Shown here one piece after another: positions 13,454 to 26,266 of a DNA stretch of 64,000 bases; position 1 is the stretch's first letter; each line of letters starts with the position of its first letter. This DNA is from Phoronis australis (lineage: Eukaryota > Animalia > Phoronida): the NCBI GenBank assembly GCA_002633005.1, contig NMRA01000128.1:26051-90050 (forward strand). Direction: 5' to 3'. A program made the translations under genes and the position numbers. The notes beneath the pieces were generated by a model. The model did not search any database, was not told the origin of the DNA, and was given only the letters and a program-made list of their open reading frames with translations.

Positions 13454-14823
13454 AGACCCTATTCACGCCGACAGGAGGCGCATTCCAAAACGAGGCTCGC
13501 TACGATAGCTCTGTTAGGTTATCGGCATAGTTCAGTGTTTCAGACCGTATTGTTCCGCGAACGGCTAGAAAAAATACGGACACGCAACTGTCTGCTTCAT
13601 AATCTCTAAAGACGTTGAGATTCAGAAGCATTGGGTCGTTGCCGCGACGAAGCAAAATATGTCCGTGTAAAATTTATAAATGTTTTCGAAAAGTTAGATC
13701 ATATTTTGTCGCATGTCGCCAGTTGTTAAGCATCATAGTAACGAATGGAGAATGGGCCAGCCAGGCTGTGTTTTCATGACTACAGATTTAGGGGGGGGCA
13801 TGGTCCCCCCCTAAAATTGTATCAGATCCCATTTTTGAGTTCAGGTGCGAATTGCTGACTAGCACACGTGCGCAACGGGGGGTGAATAAACAACGCATAG
13901 GCGCTGAATGAACCCCGTTTACCGTTTTTTTTAGTCAACAGGTCCGCAAACCCAAGAATTCAAGACNNNNNNNNNNNNNNNNNNNNNNNNNNNNNNNNNN
14001 NNNNNNNNNNNNNNNNNNNNNNNNNNNNNNNNNNNNNNNNNNNNNNNNNNNNNNNNNNNNNNNNNNNNNNNNNNNNNNNNNNNNNNNNNNNNNNNNNNNN
14101 NNNNNNNNNNNNNNNNNNNNNNNNNNNNNNNNNNNNNNNNNNNNNNNNNNNNNNNNNNNNNNNNNNNNNNNNNNNNNNNNNNNNNNNNNNNNNNNNNNNN
14201 NNNNNNNNNNNNNNNNNNNNNNNNNNNNNNNNNNNNNNNNNNNNNNNNNNNNNNNNNNNNNNNNNNNNNNNNNNNNNNNNNNNNNNNNNNNNNNNNNNNN
14301 NNNNNNNNNNNNNNNNNNNNNNNNNNNNNNNNNNNNNNNNNNNNNNNNNNNNNNNNNNNNNNNNNNNNNNNNNNNNNNNNNNNNNNNNNNNNNNNNNNNN
14401 NNNNNNNNNNNNNNNNNNNNNNNNNNNNNNNNNNNNNNNNNNNNNNNNNNNNNNNNNNNNNNNNNNNNNNNNNNNNNNNNNNNNNNNNNNNNNNNNNNNN
14501 NNNNNNNNNNNNNNNNNNNNNNNNNNNNNNNNNNNNNNNNNNNNNNNNNNNNNNNNNNNNNNNNNNNNNNNNNNNNNNNNNNNNNNNNNNNNNNNNNNNN
14601 NNNNNNNNTAAACCCTTTCGTCAGACAACTCTTTGGCGCCTTAACTTGTTCTCTAATGTAATTTTCTACGTCTCTGTGGTTAATTGTCGACACATCATTA
14701 AAATTTAATATCCAGGTTGGACTCGAAAGACCGGCTATTTAACTCACGCAATGTCTGCTTTCGATTTGTTTATCGCAGTGAGCCTCGCTTTGGATATTAA
14801 TGGCCGCCGCGTGAATAGGGTCT
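13454..14823. mobile_element. TIR DNA transposon with an apparent AT target duplication (ISL2EU-like?), interior gapped
   Basis: TIR AGACCCTATTCACGC...GCGTGAATAGGGTCT. It sits in a ~135-bp tandem repeat whose other unit (14941-14960, gccaat|gttgcc) shows the empty site. Confidence 0.7.
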
Positions 14824-15035
14824 ATGTTACCTATTTCTAGAATTTGGGACAAGGTTGGTTTTGGCGTTCACCATATTTCTCAAATTTGGGGCGAATCTAC
14901 GTAGTGGGTCTGTCTTACCGGTGATTCATGAAATTGTGGGTACTGCCAATGTTGCCTATTTCTAGAATTTGGGACAAGCTCTGACCTTGAACAAAATAAT
15001 TAACTTTTCACTGTCCCAACTTATTGGAGAATTTT

Positions 15036-15840
15036 TACCCTAAATAAGTCATGGCAACTTAGAGTGGTTTGGTTGACATGACAGAGGGGCAGACGTCACA
15101 ATAAAATACCTCGAATCAATCTGAAAACAGGATAGCGTCATCTCACTAATAGATGCCTATCTGCCAAATTCCATGAAAATGCGTTGAGGACCTTTGAAGA
15201 TACAGACTGAGGTAAACACAAAAAACTAAAATTGCCACTAGCGGGCACACCAGTAGTTCGATGTGTCTGAACGTTGCCATCATCTGTAGTCAACTTCACA
15301 TCAATACACTTGCAAGATATAATAAAGATCCTGCAGAGCATTTAGGAGATACAGCCATACGCACAAAAACAAAAAAACTGCTACTAGGAGACACCACAGT
15401 AATCGGATGTCGGAAAATCATTGTAGGCCGCCCTCTTCAAAGTAAGAACAATATACACTAATTTTCACAATGATCCTAAAGTGGTATGGTTCACAGAGGG
15501 GCGGATGCCAAAAAACAGACTCGAAAACAGTAAAAATGGCCACTAGGTGGTGCAAAGTACATCGATTTCATCTGAAAACTGGAGGATAGTGTCATCTAAT
15601 TTTTGCCAGACTGCCAAATTTTATGATAATCTGTTGAGGACATCCGTAGATACAGAGGTAAACGTAAAAAAACTAAAATTGTCACTAGGGGGCACACCAG
15701 TAGTCAGAGGTTCGAAATTTGTCGTCATCCGTCGTCAGCTTCATAGGAACACATCCGCTGAATCTCATCAAGATCTTGTGAGGGGTTCAGGAGATGCAGC
15801 TGCAGACGCCCAGACAGAGATGACGGCAATAAAGATGGCC
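15036..15840 (+). mobile_element. Internal fragment of the HINE core-repeat array
   Basis: tgccactagcgggcac, tggccactaggtggtgc and tgtcactagggggcac at ~150-bp spacing; flanks match 55600-57030. Confidence 0.75.
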
Positions 15841-16841
15841 TGAATGAAGGACTGCTCAAAGAAAAAGTTTGATTACGGAAGTATTTGTATGAGATGGAAG
15901 GTATTAAAGACATCGACTGCCTCCTTAGGTGTCCCGTCGTGTGCAAAAGGTAACTTTGATGTTTTAATCAGTGTGAGGCATAATTCGCCAAACAGCTTCC
16001 GGAGTATGAAGGTCCTATTAGAGCTTCACTGTCTCTACTAGGGGCCAGATAGAGACAGTGGCCACTGTCCATGCAGAGTGATGCCTGAGGAGACCTGCTC
16101 CACATACAAATATACATGTGGCAATTACTGGTGCGTAATTAACATCGAGAGGAGATGTGACAATAGTACGGCGAATAACATTAATGTATAAAAGATTGGT
16201 GAGTGAAGGGAGCTAAGCTACAAAAATTGCTGGAGCTCATCAAATAAATGAGTCGGGTCGTCATCGAAGTTTTAATTTTGCATAAAATTATTCAAACAAT
16301 CTATGATTTCTGAAGGCAGAGAGAAGGGTGCCTTGTATTAGTTTTCAATTCCACGTCATGAATAAAGTGACATTTTTTCAAAGTTGCATGGTTTGGCAGA
16401 AGATATTTTCAGGACATTGTAAAAATAAAATGACTAGAAGTGTGAGTAGATGAATCTTCTACACTTGCACACAAAGTTGTAAAAATAGAAGTGACCAGTA
16501 AAATAGAATAACTTCGTAATTAATATCAACTTTCCAGCACCTCCCAAGAAAGTCTATTCTGGTTGTCAACAGAATAATTCATGAAGATTAACCTGTTTAA
16601 AGAAAGCTTCACTGTAAGAACATTGTCATCACAAATAAAAATTTTTATTATGCCTGCACTAGTACACTTCACGTATAGAGTTGTTTAATTTTCCAGTTAG
16701 TCTAAACATCTTTTCATATAGTCCCAATTACACTGCTGACAAATTGGAACGAGATGATTGGGCGCAAGTGTGTGCGTAAACAACGGTCACAACAGCGGCA
16801 ACATTTGTCACCTGTTTGTGAGGTAGAGCACTACGAAAGTT

Positions 16842-16913
16842 CATGGGCGGCGCACCCGCTACCGTGCTGAGGGGCTATAGCCCCCCACTTATTTCAGTGC
16901 TGCGCCTCCCATG
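16842..16913. mobile_element. 72-bp mini-MITE with a 5-bp direct flank (AAGTT)
   Basis: catgggcggcgca...tgcgcctcccatg inverted ends, internal ggggctatagcccc palindrome, aagtt on both sides. Confidence 0.55.
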
Positions 16914-17385
16914 AAGTTGCACCCAATCATACATCTAAATGCGAAATTGAGGCAAGGCCGATGGGATCGTACATTCTTGCTCAATTTCTACATTTCGCAA
17001 TCATAAAGTGTACGAATTCTTTTACTACAGAACAAACATTAAAATTACACGGAAAATTGTTAGAATATTACATACTGAGTAAACAGCCCTGAGTTCAATT
17101 CAAATGCTTGCTTATGTACAGTATTGATGAAAGCCTTAAACAGGTGATCAAAAAAATGACTCGATGTCTTGAATTATGCTCACTGGGCGGAATTAGAAGC
17201 AGCACAACAGCAACAACAAGAATAATGAACTCTCTGTCACTCCACAATTAGCAACTTTACTATTTACTTTTTAGCTGCATTCTGAGTGACATACAGAGAA
17301 TTATTCCAAGCACTCCATAAATGTCCTGAATTACAAACAACCTCCTCTATTATTAGTTAATGACTACAAAGACAATATTTCAACT

Positions 17386-18915
17386 ACCATTTTCGCCGTA
17401 ATAACTGCCCTAGTGAGGGCACTTAAAAAAGTTCGTTTCAGGGGTTGGTTTACCCAAGGCCGTTGAAACCCGGTCTCCAAAACGGGTGAAATCGGAAGCT
17501 AAGATTCACCATATGTACGCTCTGTGACGTATCTGTAATCTATGAAAGACTTTCTACAAAACTGTGGTGCATTGCTATCAAACTTTGCTGCTAAATTACG
17601 ATCATTTTACAAAAAATTGTGCTGAAATCGCAGGGCGAAAACTCGCTGACTACCTGCCTCGCAATCGTCAATATGGTGACTTGAATGCTTGCATAAAAAT
17701 ACAGTTTCGACTCAAGCAAATTACCTGAAATCCTCCATAAGTTTTCCAAGTAGTGTCCCTAAGATTTTTAAGTTCTCGTGGAGTCGGGATCACGGCAGGT
17801 TTAAGTACAAATCTGTGCTATTACATCGTGCCATCTACATGTATGATGGGCAACATGAGGAAAATGTCTGGATGAACACACATGTTGTTGTCACGTGATG
17901 TTTGTTTTGAAGTTGTCTGCGTTTGGGAGTAAGCGTGCACGTGCGTGTCACCAGAGTTCATTTGCCAGAGCAGATACCGTCTTTTGGCCAGAGCCACGCA
18001 ATCTAACAAGCTAGATATGCATTGTATCTGAACAAATTTGCACAAGCAGTAGGCCAAAACCAGAGCGTCTTTCATTCAGAACTTGTCGGTTTCATGTGCT
18101 AAAACTGTTCGACATTTGTCTCGGTAAGGCCATATTAGTCGCCGTGTGGCTAGATGCGGCGTACGTGACTATCTGACGATTATTTTTTGCTGTAAGGGTG
18201 TGTAAGCATTCACTGTCAGTGGCCATTTTAATGGATATTTGGCTTAAAAACACCAATTATGGTTAATCGGCAATTCACCTTAAAAATAACGCAAACATTT
18301 TTTTATAGTATTAGAAAATGTCGGAAATTAGTGCCAATATTCATTTCTTGTCGATGCTGTGCTACCCGTTTCATGAATGGATAGTTCCCGACTAATGTCT
18401 TTGATGACAGGTTCATGTATGTAGCGCGCGCTTCCTGGCCACGTGCTTTTAATACTGGCCAAGCTTTTTACTAGTCTACCAATTCGCGGTTTTCACGTGT
18501 AGCCCTACAAAGAAATTTGGATTCCTGTTGAAAGCGGGAAATGTCTACAAATCAATCCCGCAGACAAGTACGCTACTTCTGTTCTGAAAGGCCAGACCAT
18601 TGGTCCTCGCAATATCAGCAGAACTTTTGTGTTCGTTTTGAGGCATGGCAGAAGTTTGAAGTGTATAGTCATGGCTAAATACCGACATAGCAGCGAGGCT
18701 CGTGGTCTACAAATTCTGCGCACAATGATTTTTTTCAGGACTGTTGGATATTATTGATAAATTAAAGACGTTACTGCAGAATTTTAGGACCGTAGGTAAG
18801 GCATTTTTCACACGTACACATTCATGGGCTGGGCGCTTATTTTAGCAAAGTCTGAAAACACGAGGGGGGGGCACTTATTATATAAGTGGCATGGGCGGTT
18901 ATTACGGTAAATGGG
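17386..18915. mobile_element. Degenerate non-autonomous TIR element (Tc1/mariner/pogo-type MITE)
   Basis: taccattttcgccgtaataactgccc ... gggcggttattacggtaaatgggt inverted ends; subterminal gggcgcttatt repeats. Confidence 0.5.
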
Positions 18916-19689
18916 TTTTGCAATCTGTCTATATAATACGAATGTTTTGACATGTTTTCAAATCTTTGTGTGATAGTTTTCTGTGATGTTGTGATAATTA
19001 ATTTATTATTATGTACTAAGCAAATGAGTATTCTTATATTTCTGTAAAGTTGTGTAATGAGTTTAAAATGTTTTATTCTTCTGCTTTACATGGTTGCATG
19101 TACATTGTTGTAATCAAGTGCATGTGTTCACCATGTGTGAAGAAACAGCGTTACCCAGATGTAATAATGCCGTCTGGCAATTACTGTTAAACAAGTGTGT
19201 TAACGAACTTGAGCAATTCTTCTTTTGAGATAAATAATAAAAATTCATTATAATGTGCAACGATTATTGCACTTTTACTATTCCTGGACATTTTCACGTA
19301 AATACAGCAGAGTTTACAAATGTTAGCCACCGGTCATAGACCGGTCAGAAAAATAACCAACTAGTCTGCTAATTTTAAGCATTTTAGCAGACAACACTGC
19401 CCACTGCAGTACTGACTTCAATTCTGACTGTTAATTACTTCCAACTCTTGCCTGCTGACAAATAAATAGGCTTGTGTGACACAAATATTTTTTGTGTTGA
19501 AAAATTCAGCTGAAATAAATGTTTGTGCATGAATAAAGTCAAAATGATGATAAAAAAGAGAGGAAAAAAAGAGGAAACTGGAAACTAAATATTGAGGAAA
19601 TAGAAACTAAAAAATAGGAAATCCTCTTCAAAGAGGAAAATTCCAAGACCTGGTGGATATAGTTTGATAAATAAAACATTGACACACAT

Positions 19690-19985
19690 TTAAAGTACTA
19701 TAGTTGACCTCCTCAAAACTTGTATCTTTCCTTCAGTACTTCCCAAAACAGAAATTCATTTTCAAAATCTAAAAGATCCTCATAGAAACAACTCAAAAAT
19801 ACAAGTTTTCCATTAATTAATATGTCTTTGTTGTTCCAAATCACCTGGTTTACAACTGATAGGTCTTCATTTAAATATTCAGAGATTTCTTCCAATGCCA
19901 TTAGGATATCATGGTAGAAGGTATTGTGATTTTCTAAAGATAACAATTTATATTTATAGTTCGATTTGAAGATTAAGTTTTTAAC
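19690..19985 (-). mobile_element. L1/Tx1-like LINE ORF2 C-terminal relic
   Basis: ORF 19713-19946 contains QVIWNNKDILINGKLVF, typical of the post-RT region of Tx1/L1 ORF2. Confidence 0.55.
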
Positions 19986-20330
19986 AAGAGCAACATGGAG
20001 CGTTGAAATGTGCCCATGAATGCACCGGTATGCTTCTAGGGGTGATTATTTTATTTTGTATAAAAAAATGACCAGATCCGTTCGAAAGTCGTCGTCGTCC
20101 GTTGTCAACTTGATATAAATAAACTTGCTAAATTTGCTAAAAATCTTGCAAAGTGTTTAGAAGATACAGTTATGGGCGCAAAAAAAGCCACTTAGGAGGC
20201 GGCACAGTGGTTGAAGTCATCAGAAAATCATTACCAGCTGTTCTCTTCATAGTAAGAACATACACGCTTATTTTCACAATCATCCTCATGGTGGATTGGT
20301 TGATTGCTGGGCGGACGCCAAAAAACAGAT
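19984..20330 (+). mobile_element. 5' fragment of the HINE family
   Basis: ACAAGAGCAACATGGAGCGTTGAAATGTGCCCA start, then part of a core repeat. Confidence 0.7.
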
Positions 20331-20575
20331 TAACTATTTGTCAAAATAGACTAGGTAAGTCTTAAGGTAATGTGGGTACGTTTATTCAATAAGCCAGAGA
20401 TAAAATAATGAATCTTTTAAGTGTATAGTAATTCCTTAAAAAAAATTGATTTGTAATCACTGAAAGCAGATTCGGCATTCAAGGGTGAAGATCATGAGCA
20501 CCGAAATCGGAAGAAATATCCATAATGGAACCAAAGACTCGACGTTAGTGATGAAAAGGGTTATTAAAGACTTAC

Positions 20576-20680
20576 CCGCAAATGCATCAGGGACATAATC
20601 CTTGACATCAATGTAGACAAACAGTGTGGGTAGAGTGAGAGGTTGATTGCAGACGTTACGTAAGGAAATATGGCGGTAAC
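20576..20680 (-). CDS. PLCB: PLC-beta exon, end of C2 ([35 protein letters not shown])
   Basis: Conserved GYRH.L and DYVPD motifs; attcag/gtaagt; 105 nt. Confidence 0.96.
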
Positions 20681-20959
20681 CTGAATAGAGAAACAGACTT
20701 AGTAAATGCTAAATTACAATTTGGAAAATTTACATTGTAAAACCTCATAAATTATCATACCATGTAAAGGAGGACTGAAATTTGAGTTTGTTTTTGTTAT
20801 AAGAGATTTCCAAACTAATTCTTCACCATATTTAGGTTTTGATCAATTCATACCTGATCATTCTTTGCCTCTCAAAAGCATCATCTAGTTTTGGTGAGAG
20901 AAAAGAACTTAACTGTATTATCTACCATATATACATGGTTGTTTATTTGTATCATAAAA

Positions 20960-22200
20960 ATGGCCACAAGATAGCCCAAAATACGTCGAATCGATCCAAA
21001 AATGGGAATATGCCATCATTTCCTTAACAGAAAGTTATTTAAAAATCTGTCAAGGAACTACAGAAAAAGGAAAATGTAAAAAAATGAAATTGCCACTAAT
21101 GGGCACAGCATTGGTCAGATCCGTCCAAAAGTCTAACGTAAGTTCCTAATTTCATATAAATACACTTACTAAATATAACAAAACAAAACAAAACTGCCAC
21201 TAGGAGGCACCACAGTAGTTGAAGTCATCACCGTCAACCGTTCTCTTCACGCCGAGAACATATGCTTTAATTTTCAAAATTATCCTTAAAGTGGTTTGGT
21301 TGATAGAGGGGCGGACACTAAAAGACAGACTCCAAAACAGCAAAAATGCTCACCATGTGGTGCAAAATACCTCAAATCCATTTGAAAACAGGAGGATAGT
21401 GTCATCTCACCAATAGATTTCTATATTCCAAATTTTATGAAAATACGTTGAGGACCTTTGAAGATACAGAGGTAAACATAAAAAATTAAAATTGCCACTA
21501 GGGGGCACACCAGAAGTCACATCCGTCCAAAAGTTGTTGTTTGTTGTCAACTTCATATAAATACACTTGCTAAATTTAGTGATGATCCTGCAAAGTGTTT
21601 AGGAGATACAGACATGGGGTGCCACTAGGAGACGCCACAGTAGTCGAAGTCAGCAAAAAAGCATCGTCAGCCACACTCTTCACAGTAAAAACATACATGC
21701 CAATTACAACAATCATCCTTAGAGCGGTTTGGTTGATAGCAGGGCGGACGCCACAAAACAGACCCGAAAACAGTAAAAATGACCACTGTGTGGCGCAAAA
21801 TACCTCAATACAACAGAAAACGTGAGGATAGCGTCATCTATAGATATGCTGAATTTTATGAAAATCCGTTGAAGACCTCCGAAGATTTAGAGGTAAACGT
21901 AATAAAATTGCCACTAGGGCACAGTGGTAGTCGGTGAGGTCTGAAATTTGTTGTCATCTGTTGTCAGCTGCATAGGAACACATCTGCCAAATCTCATCAA
22001 GATCCTGTGAGGGGTTTAAGAGACACAGCTGCAGAAGCCAGATGCCCGGGCACACTGGTAGTCAGATCCATCCGAAAGTTCGCTCATAGCATCCCAACCA
22101 TGTGCAAAATTTCTTGAACACACGTCAAAGGGTTTTGGAGATAGAGCATACAGTACATGGGTCTGAATACATGCACATACCGTGTCTGCACAGTATGTAG
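20960..22200 (+). mobile_element. Decayed HINE core-repeat array
   Basis: Repeated aaattgccactagggggcac, gccactaggaggcacc and ggtttggttgatagaggggcggac blocks. Confidence 0.75.
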
Positions 22201-22277
22201 GTCTTAATACGCACTTATGGAACATGTAATAGAGGAACAAACAGCACAAATTCTACAGTTCACTCTGTAATTCCTAC

Positions 22278-22377
22278 CTGGTCGCAACCTATCTATAGGT
22301 AGTATACGATGTCCAATGAAACGACCTGTATCATCTGATGCCACCACACGCAGCTGGGCAAGATTGGGTAAGACAAC
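22278..22377 (-). CDS. PLCB: PLC-beta exon, C2 (VVLPNLAQLRVVASDDTGRFIGHRILPIDRLRP)
   Basis: Conserved C2 sequence; ctgcag/gtagga; 100 nt. Confidence 0.96.
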
Positions 22378-22600
22378 CTGCAGACATCAATAAGACAATG
22401 AGTTTTCACCTTTTTGTCATGAAATGTTTTGCAATTACAGGATGTTCAACTTTTTTTCATGACAGTTTAGAAAGACATGTTGACTCACTTAAGAAAGAAA
22501 ATATAAACAATTTAACAATTCAGAAAAAAACAACAATAGACACAAATACATCAATAATACAAGAATACTTAAAAACAGCAAAACTGATTGAATTGGGCTT

Positions 22601-22684
22601 ATATGACACTACTGCTTGAAATATGACACTACTGCTTGAAATATGACACTACTGCTTGAAATATGACACTACTGCTTGAAATAT
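22601..22684. repeat. 20-bp x4 tandem repeat
   Basis: atatgacactactgcttgaa, four perfect copies. Confidence 0.95.
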
Positions 22685-22779
22685 TTCTCGTTATATATAA
22701 TTCTGTAAATACAGGTGATTAAACTTAATGAATGTTCTCAGATGACCAGCATGAAATAATCAAAGGCACACTAAATCAC

Positions 22780-22944
22780 CTTCTTGAAGACGAAAGGTTC
22801 CTCATTATAAATGGGGTTTAGCCCATTTGCAGGAATCACTTTGGTGCGAAACTTTTTCCGGACAGTATCGGCTGGTAAACCGTACATCTCCACTTCAACA
22901 AAGGTGCCAACTTTCTTATCAGTTAAGAACTGACCAGAGATTAT
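22780..22944 (-). CDS. PLCB: PLC-beta exon, C2 ([35 protein letters not shown]...EEPFVFKK)
   Basis: Canonical PLCB C2 start; ttctag/gtgatt; 165 nt. Confidence 0.97.
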
Positions 22945-22987
22945 CTAGAAAACAAAACCAAATGAAGGCATAGTTGTAGGACCCAGT

Positions 22988-23512
22988 GCCCAGTTGCATG
23001 AAACAGTCCCAATTAGGGTCTCAACTAAGTTCCCCAAATCAACAGCAAATTTGTGTACTCACAGTCCCAATTAGGGTCTCAACTAAGTTCCCCAAATCTA
23101 CAGCAAATTTGTGTACTCACAGTCCCAATTAGGGTCTCAACTAAGTTCCCCAAATCTACAGCAAATTTGTGTACTCACAGATGTAATCTTGTTCTATCAT
23201 TTCACCTGTATTATGAGCCCACCTCTTTGACTAACGACATTTCCTAATAATATAACAAAAAATTGAGTCCTGATTTCAGTGAAAATGAACAAGGACTTAG
23301 TCCTTAAATTGGGGGTGTTGCATAAAAAAATCATTACTTACTTTCGATAGTATTGAGAATTCAACATAGAATTCACTCTCCCTTTGCATCAAAGTAAAAA
23401 ATTGAAACTAAAACAGTATAAAAAGGACAATCAGTGGTTCATGTGTATTCCTACATAATAGATTTAGGGAACTTAGTTGAGTCCGTATTTGGGACTGTTT
23501 CATGCAACCAAG
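22988..23512. mobile_element. MITE (Harbinger-like) with its left subterminal ~58-bp unit amplified x3
   Basis: gttgcatgaaacagtcccaattagggtctcaactaagttccccaaatc is inverted at 23461-23510; tandem copies at 23003-23180. Confidence 0.65.
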
Positions 23513-24591
23513 CACAGCTGCCTTAAATAGTGTGGATAAAACACAGTTTAGACTTAAATGTATCAATAGGTCAAGGCATTTATTTACTATCACTTTTAAC
23601 GCAATCTAATTAGCTGCACAAATTCCCTGTGAGAGAGGAACATCACTCGATTTCACAGTTTTTCCCATCCCCATCCCACTTGTTCATCCCCCTTTTATAC
23701 AATAATATTCCTTCACGCCCACGTTCACATATCCCTAGTTAAGCCTCTTTGTATTACAGGTTGTCAGTATTCATATTGTTTTAAAGTTACCCTATTCAAG
23801 CATGTTCCATTAATTTGCTACATTTCTTAAAGTTACATGGGAGTTATTCAACAAGTTTGTGTATCTAGAAAAATGTCTACAAAACTATAGATTATAACCT
23901 GACTGTACAATTTACTTATAACCTGACTGTACAATTTTGATATTTTACTATATCCCAATCTGCTGTTTATTGGGTCACGTGGCGATGTCTTTTCAGTTAA
24001 ATTTAGCGAAAAAGAAAGGTACATTCTCAACATAACAATAACATAACCAAATTTTTCTTAAATTTTCAAGGTGAAATCTCAAAAATGTTATTGCAGTTTT
24101 TTGAATTATCACTTTGTTTTATGTAGATTTCTCAAACTCTGATAAAATCTCTCAATGAGGTTGGATCTGATTTATGCAAGTTTTCCAATATTAATTTTTC
24201 TTTTCTTGGTACTGATTAAAACAGACATAACAGCTGCTGTGTTACACCAATACACTACTACCAACTAGGAAACATTCCATAACAGAAACAAAACCTGTTC
24301 AACATCTGACAGTCTTGAAATATTTGCTCTATTATATGTGTTTTCACAAAACATACCTCTCCTTGAGGTTGTCACCAACTGAGCATAGCCCCAAAGCAGG
24401 GTATCTATGGGAATTATAATCCTACACAGAACTGTCTTGGTGTCTTAGCAAAATGCAATAGATCCAAAATGTACTTGGGCACATCTTGTCATTACAACAC
24501 AGTTACTCTTTGACTAGGTCAGTGTACTGAGATTAAGTTTAGTCAAGCAATACACCTATCCTTGGTTAGTATATCCACTGATTAAAAATAC

Positions 24592-24746
24592 CTTGACAGA
24601 GACAGAACCAGCAACAATGCCATCTACTGTGGATTCTGCAAACGGGTCAAAATGGCGATCATTCCTGCGCATGAACTCAGGTTTGAGAATGAAGCCACTA
24701 CAGCCATTATACTCAAATGTTCCGAGGTTCAACTGCATAGCCAGAT
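24592..24746 (-). CDS. PLCB: PLC-beta exon, end of Y box ([28 protein letters not shown]...SVSVK)
   Basis: Conserved Y-box terminus; ttttcag/gtattt; 155 nt. Confidence 0.97.
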
Positions 24747-25834
24747 CTGAAAAAAGAGAGAATCACCAGTGTCACAACACCTGAGAACTGACTGACAGTT
24801 AAATAGACCTGCTCGTTAGCAGAATCGCCAGTTTTATGGCACCAACTGAAGCTGAGAAGAAGTCTCACCGAGAACTTCTCAATAATATTTTCTAAAACAT
24901 TTAGTTCAGGGTAGTTTGCAAATTGCTGGGTTACTAACCAAAAAGCAAAGCATTATGGGTCAAATTAGAATGTACATAATAAGTCTATTGCCTATAAAGA
25001 ATATTTTGAATGTTTTACCTAATTGCAATAAAAATGAAAACAATTCCTCAAACCACAAGTGTGACACAATGAGCAAGTTTCAAAAATGCCAGAGAGTCCA
25101 AAAAAGCTACATATTTTTCACTTTTTTATTTTTATAACACTGCACTCAATGGCTGGGATAGTCATCAATTTTCAGATTTTCAGTTCCATCCCCGGTTCAT
25201 AACATCCTGTCACTTGATTTGAGCAATGATGCCAGTGTTTGGATCGAATGGCTTGCTCAAAGCAACACACTTCTATAGGCCTGAAGAATTGTATTTATAT
25301 TAATTTCAGTTGAGAAATCAACTGGAAAAGTTCAAAATACCTTTTAAAGTAAGAAACATATACCAAATTTGCAAAAATGCCTTTAACATAGAAAGATCTT
25401 AAGATCAACGTCAGATTACCCGTAATTAGCAAATTTTATGCACCCCTGGTGCCAGTATAATCATGAGAAAATTAAGTGTCAACAGTCATTGTATGAAAAG
25501 ATTTTGTGCATGGTGTCCAGGTTAAAGAATGATATGTTATCAAATAAATGCCAATTGAATTATGAGAAAGAAATGGTTGAGAACTTAGGGAGTCATTTCA
25601 CTAGAAACTCGTAACAGTATGACCTTTTTTACCTCACCTTATTATTTCAAACATAGTCAGTGCCTTTATTAAAGACAAAATTTGTATTTTTTCCCCAACT
25701 TTATGTCTGTTTATCTTCTGTTTTAAATTATAAATCCCAAATTAAAACAGTAACTGAATAGTATCCACAAGTGTTACTCAGACTTGTACTACCACAAAAA
25801 ATTACGACTTCTTCAGTGAAGCAGGCACTAGCAC

Positions 25835-26075
25835 CATGTGATATGCTAACATGACTCAGTGAATCAGGCGCTAGCTTCATGTGATATGCTAACATGACTC
25901 AGTGAAGCAGGCACTAGCTTCACGTGATATGCTAACATGACGCAGTCGATCAGGCTCTAGCTTCACGTGATATGCTAACATGACTCAGTGAATCAGGCAC
26001 TAGCTTCACGTGATATGCTAACATGACTTGGTAAAGCAGGCACTAGCTTCACGTCATATGCTAAACATGACTCAA
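25835..26075. repeat. Minisatellite, ~42 bp x5-6
   Basis: cacgtgatatgctaacatgactcagtgaatcaggcactagctt units. Confidence 0.9.
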
Positions 26076-26141
26076 TTTTTCAAAATGAATTAGAAGTGCA
26101 CATATTATTCTAATTAATGTTTAATCAGCCAAGCCACTTAC

Positions 26142-26266
26142 CAAGAGTCTGAAAGTTAAGTGCCACCAATTGGCATCCAGCATTCCAGAAAACTTGTGGC
26201 ATGAAGTTACTAGAGTCCACGCGGGTCCCTTTGGGATAGATCCGGCTCATTTGACGCTTATTGTAA
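26142..26266 (-). CDS. PLCB: PLC-beta exon, Y box ([41 protein letters not shown])
   Basis: Invariant Y-box motif; 125 nt; gtaagt donor. Confidence 0.98.

Noticed and set aside
13073-13609. Longest ungapped ORF in the track (178 aa, + strand)
   Set aside because: Runs through a tandem repeat and a transposon end, has no recognisable motif and is antisense to the host gene.
13935-14693. Long ORFs spanning N-gaps (also 52898-53737)
   Set aside because: Their length is an artefact of N runs; only the short flanking peptides are real.
22601-26075. Short tandem arrays (20, 58 and 42 bp) as possible CRISPR arrays
   Set aside because: Head-to-tail repeats with no unique spacers, in eukaryotic introns, with no cas genes.
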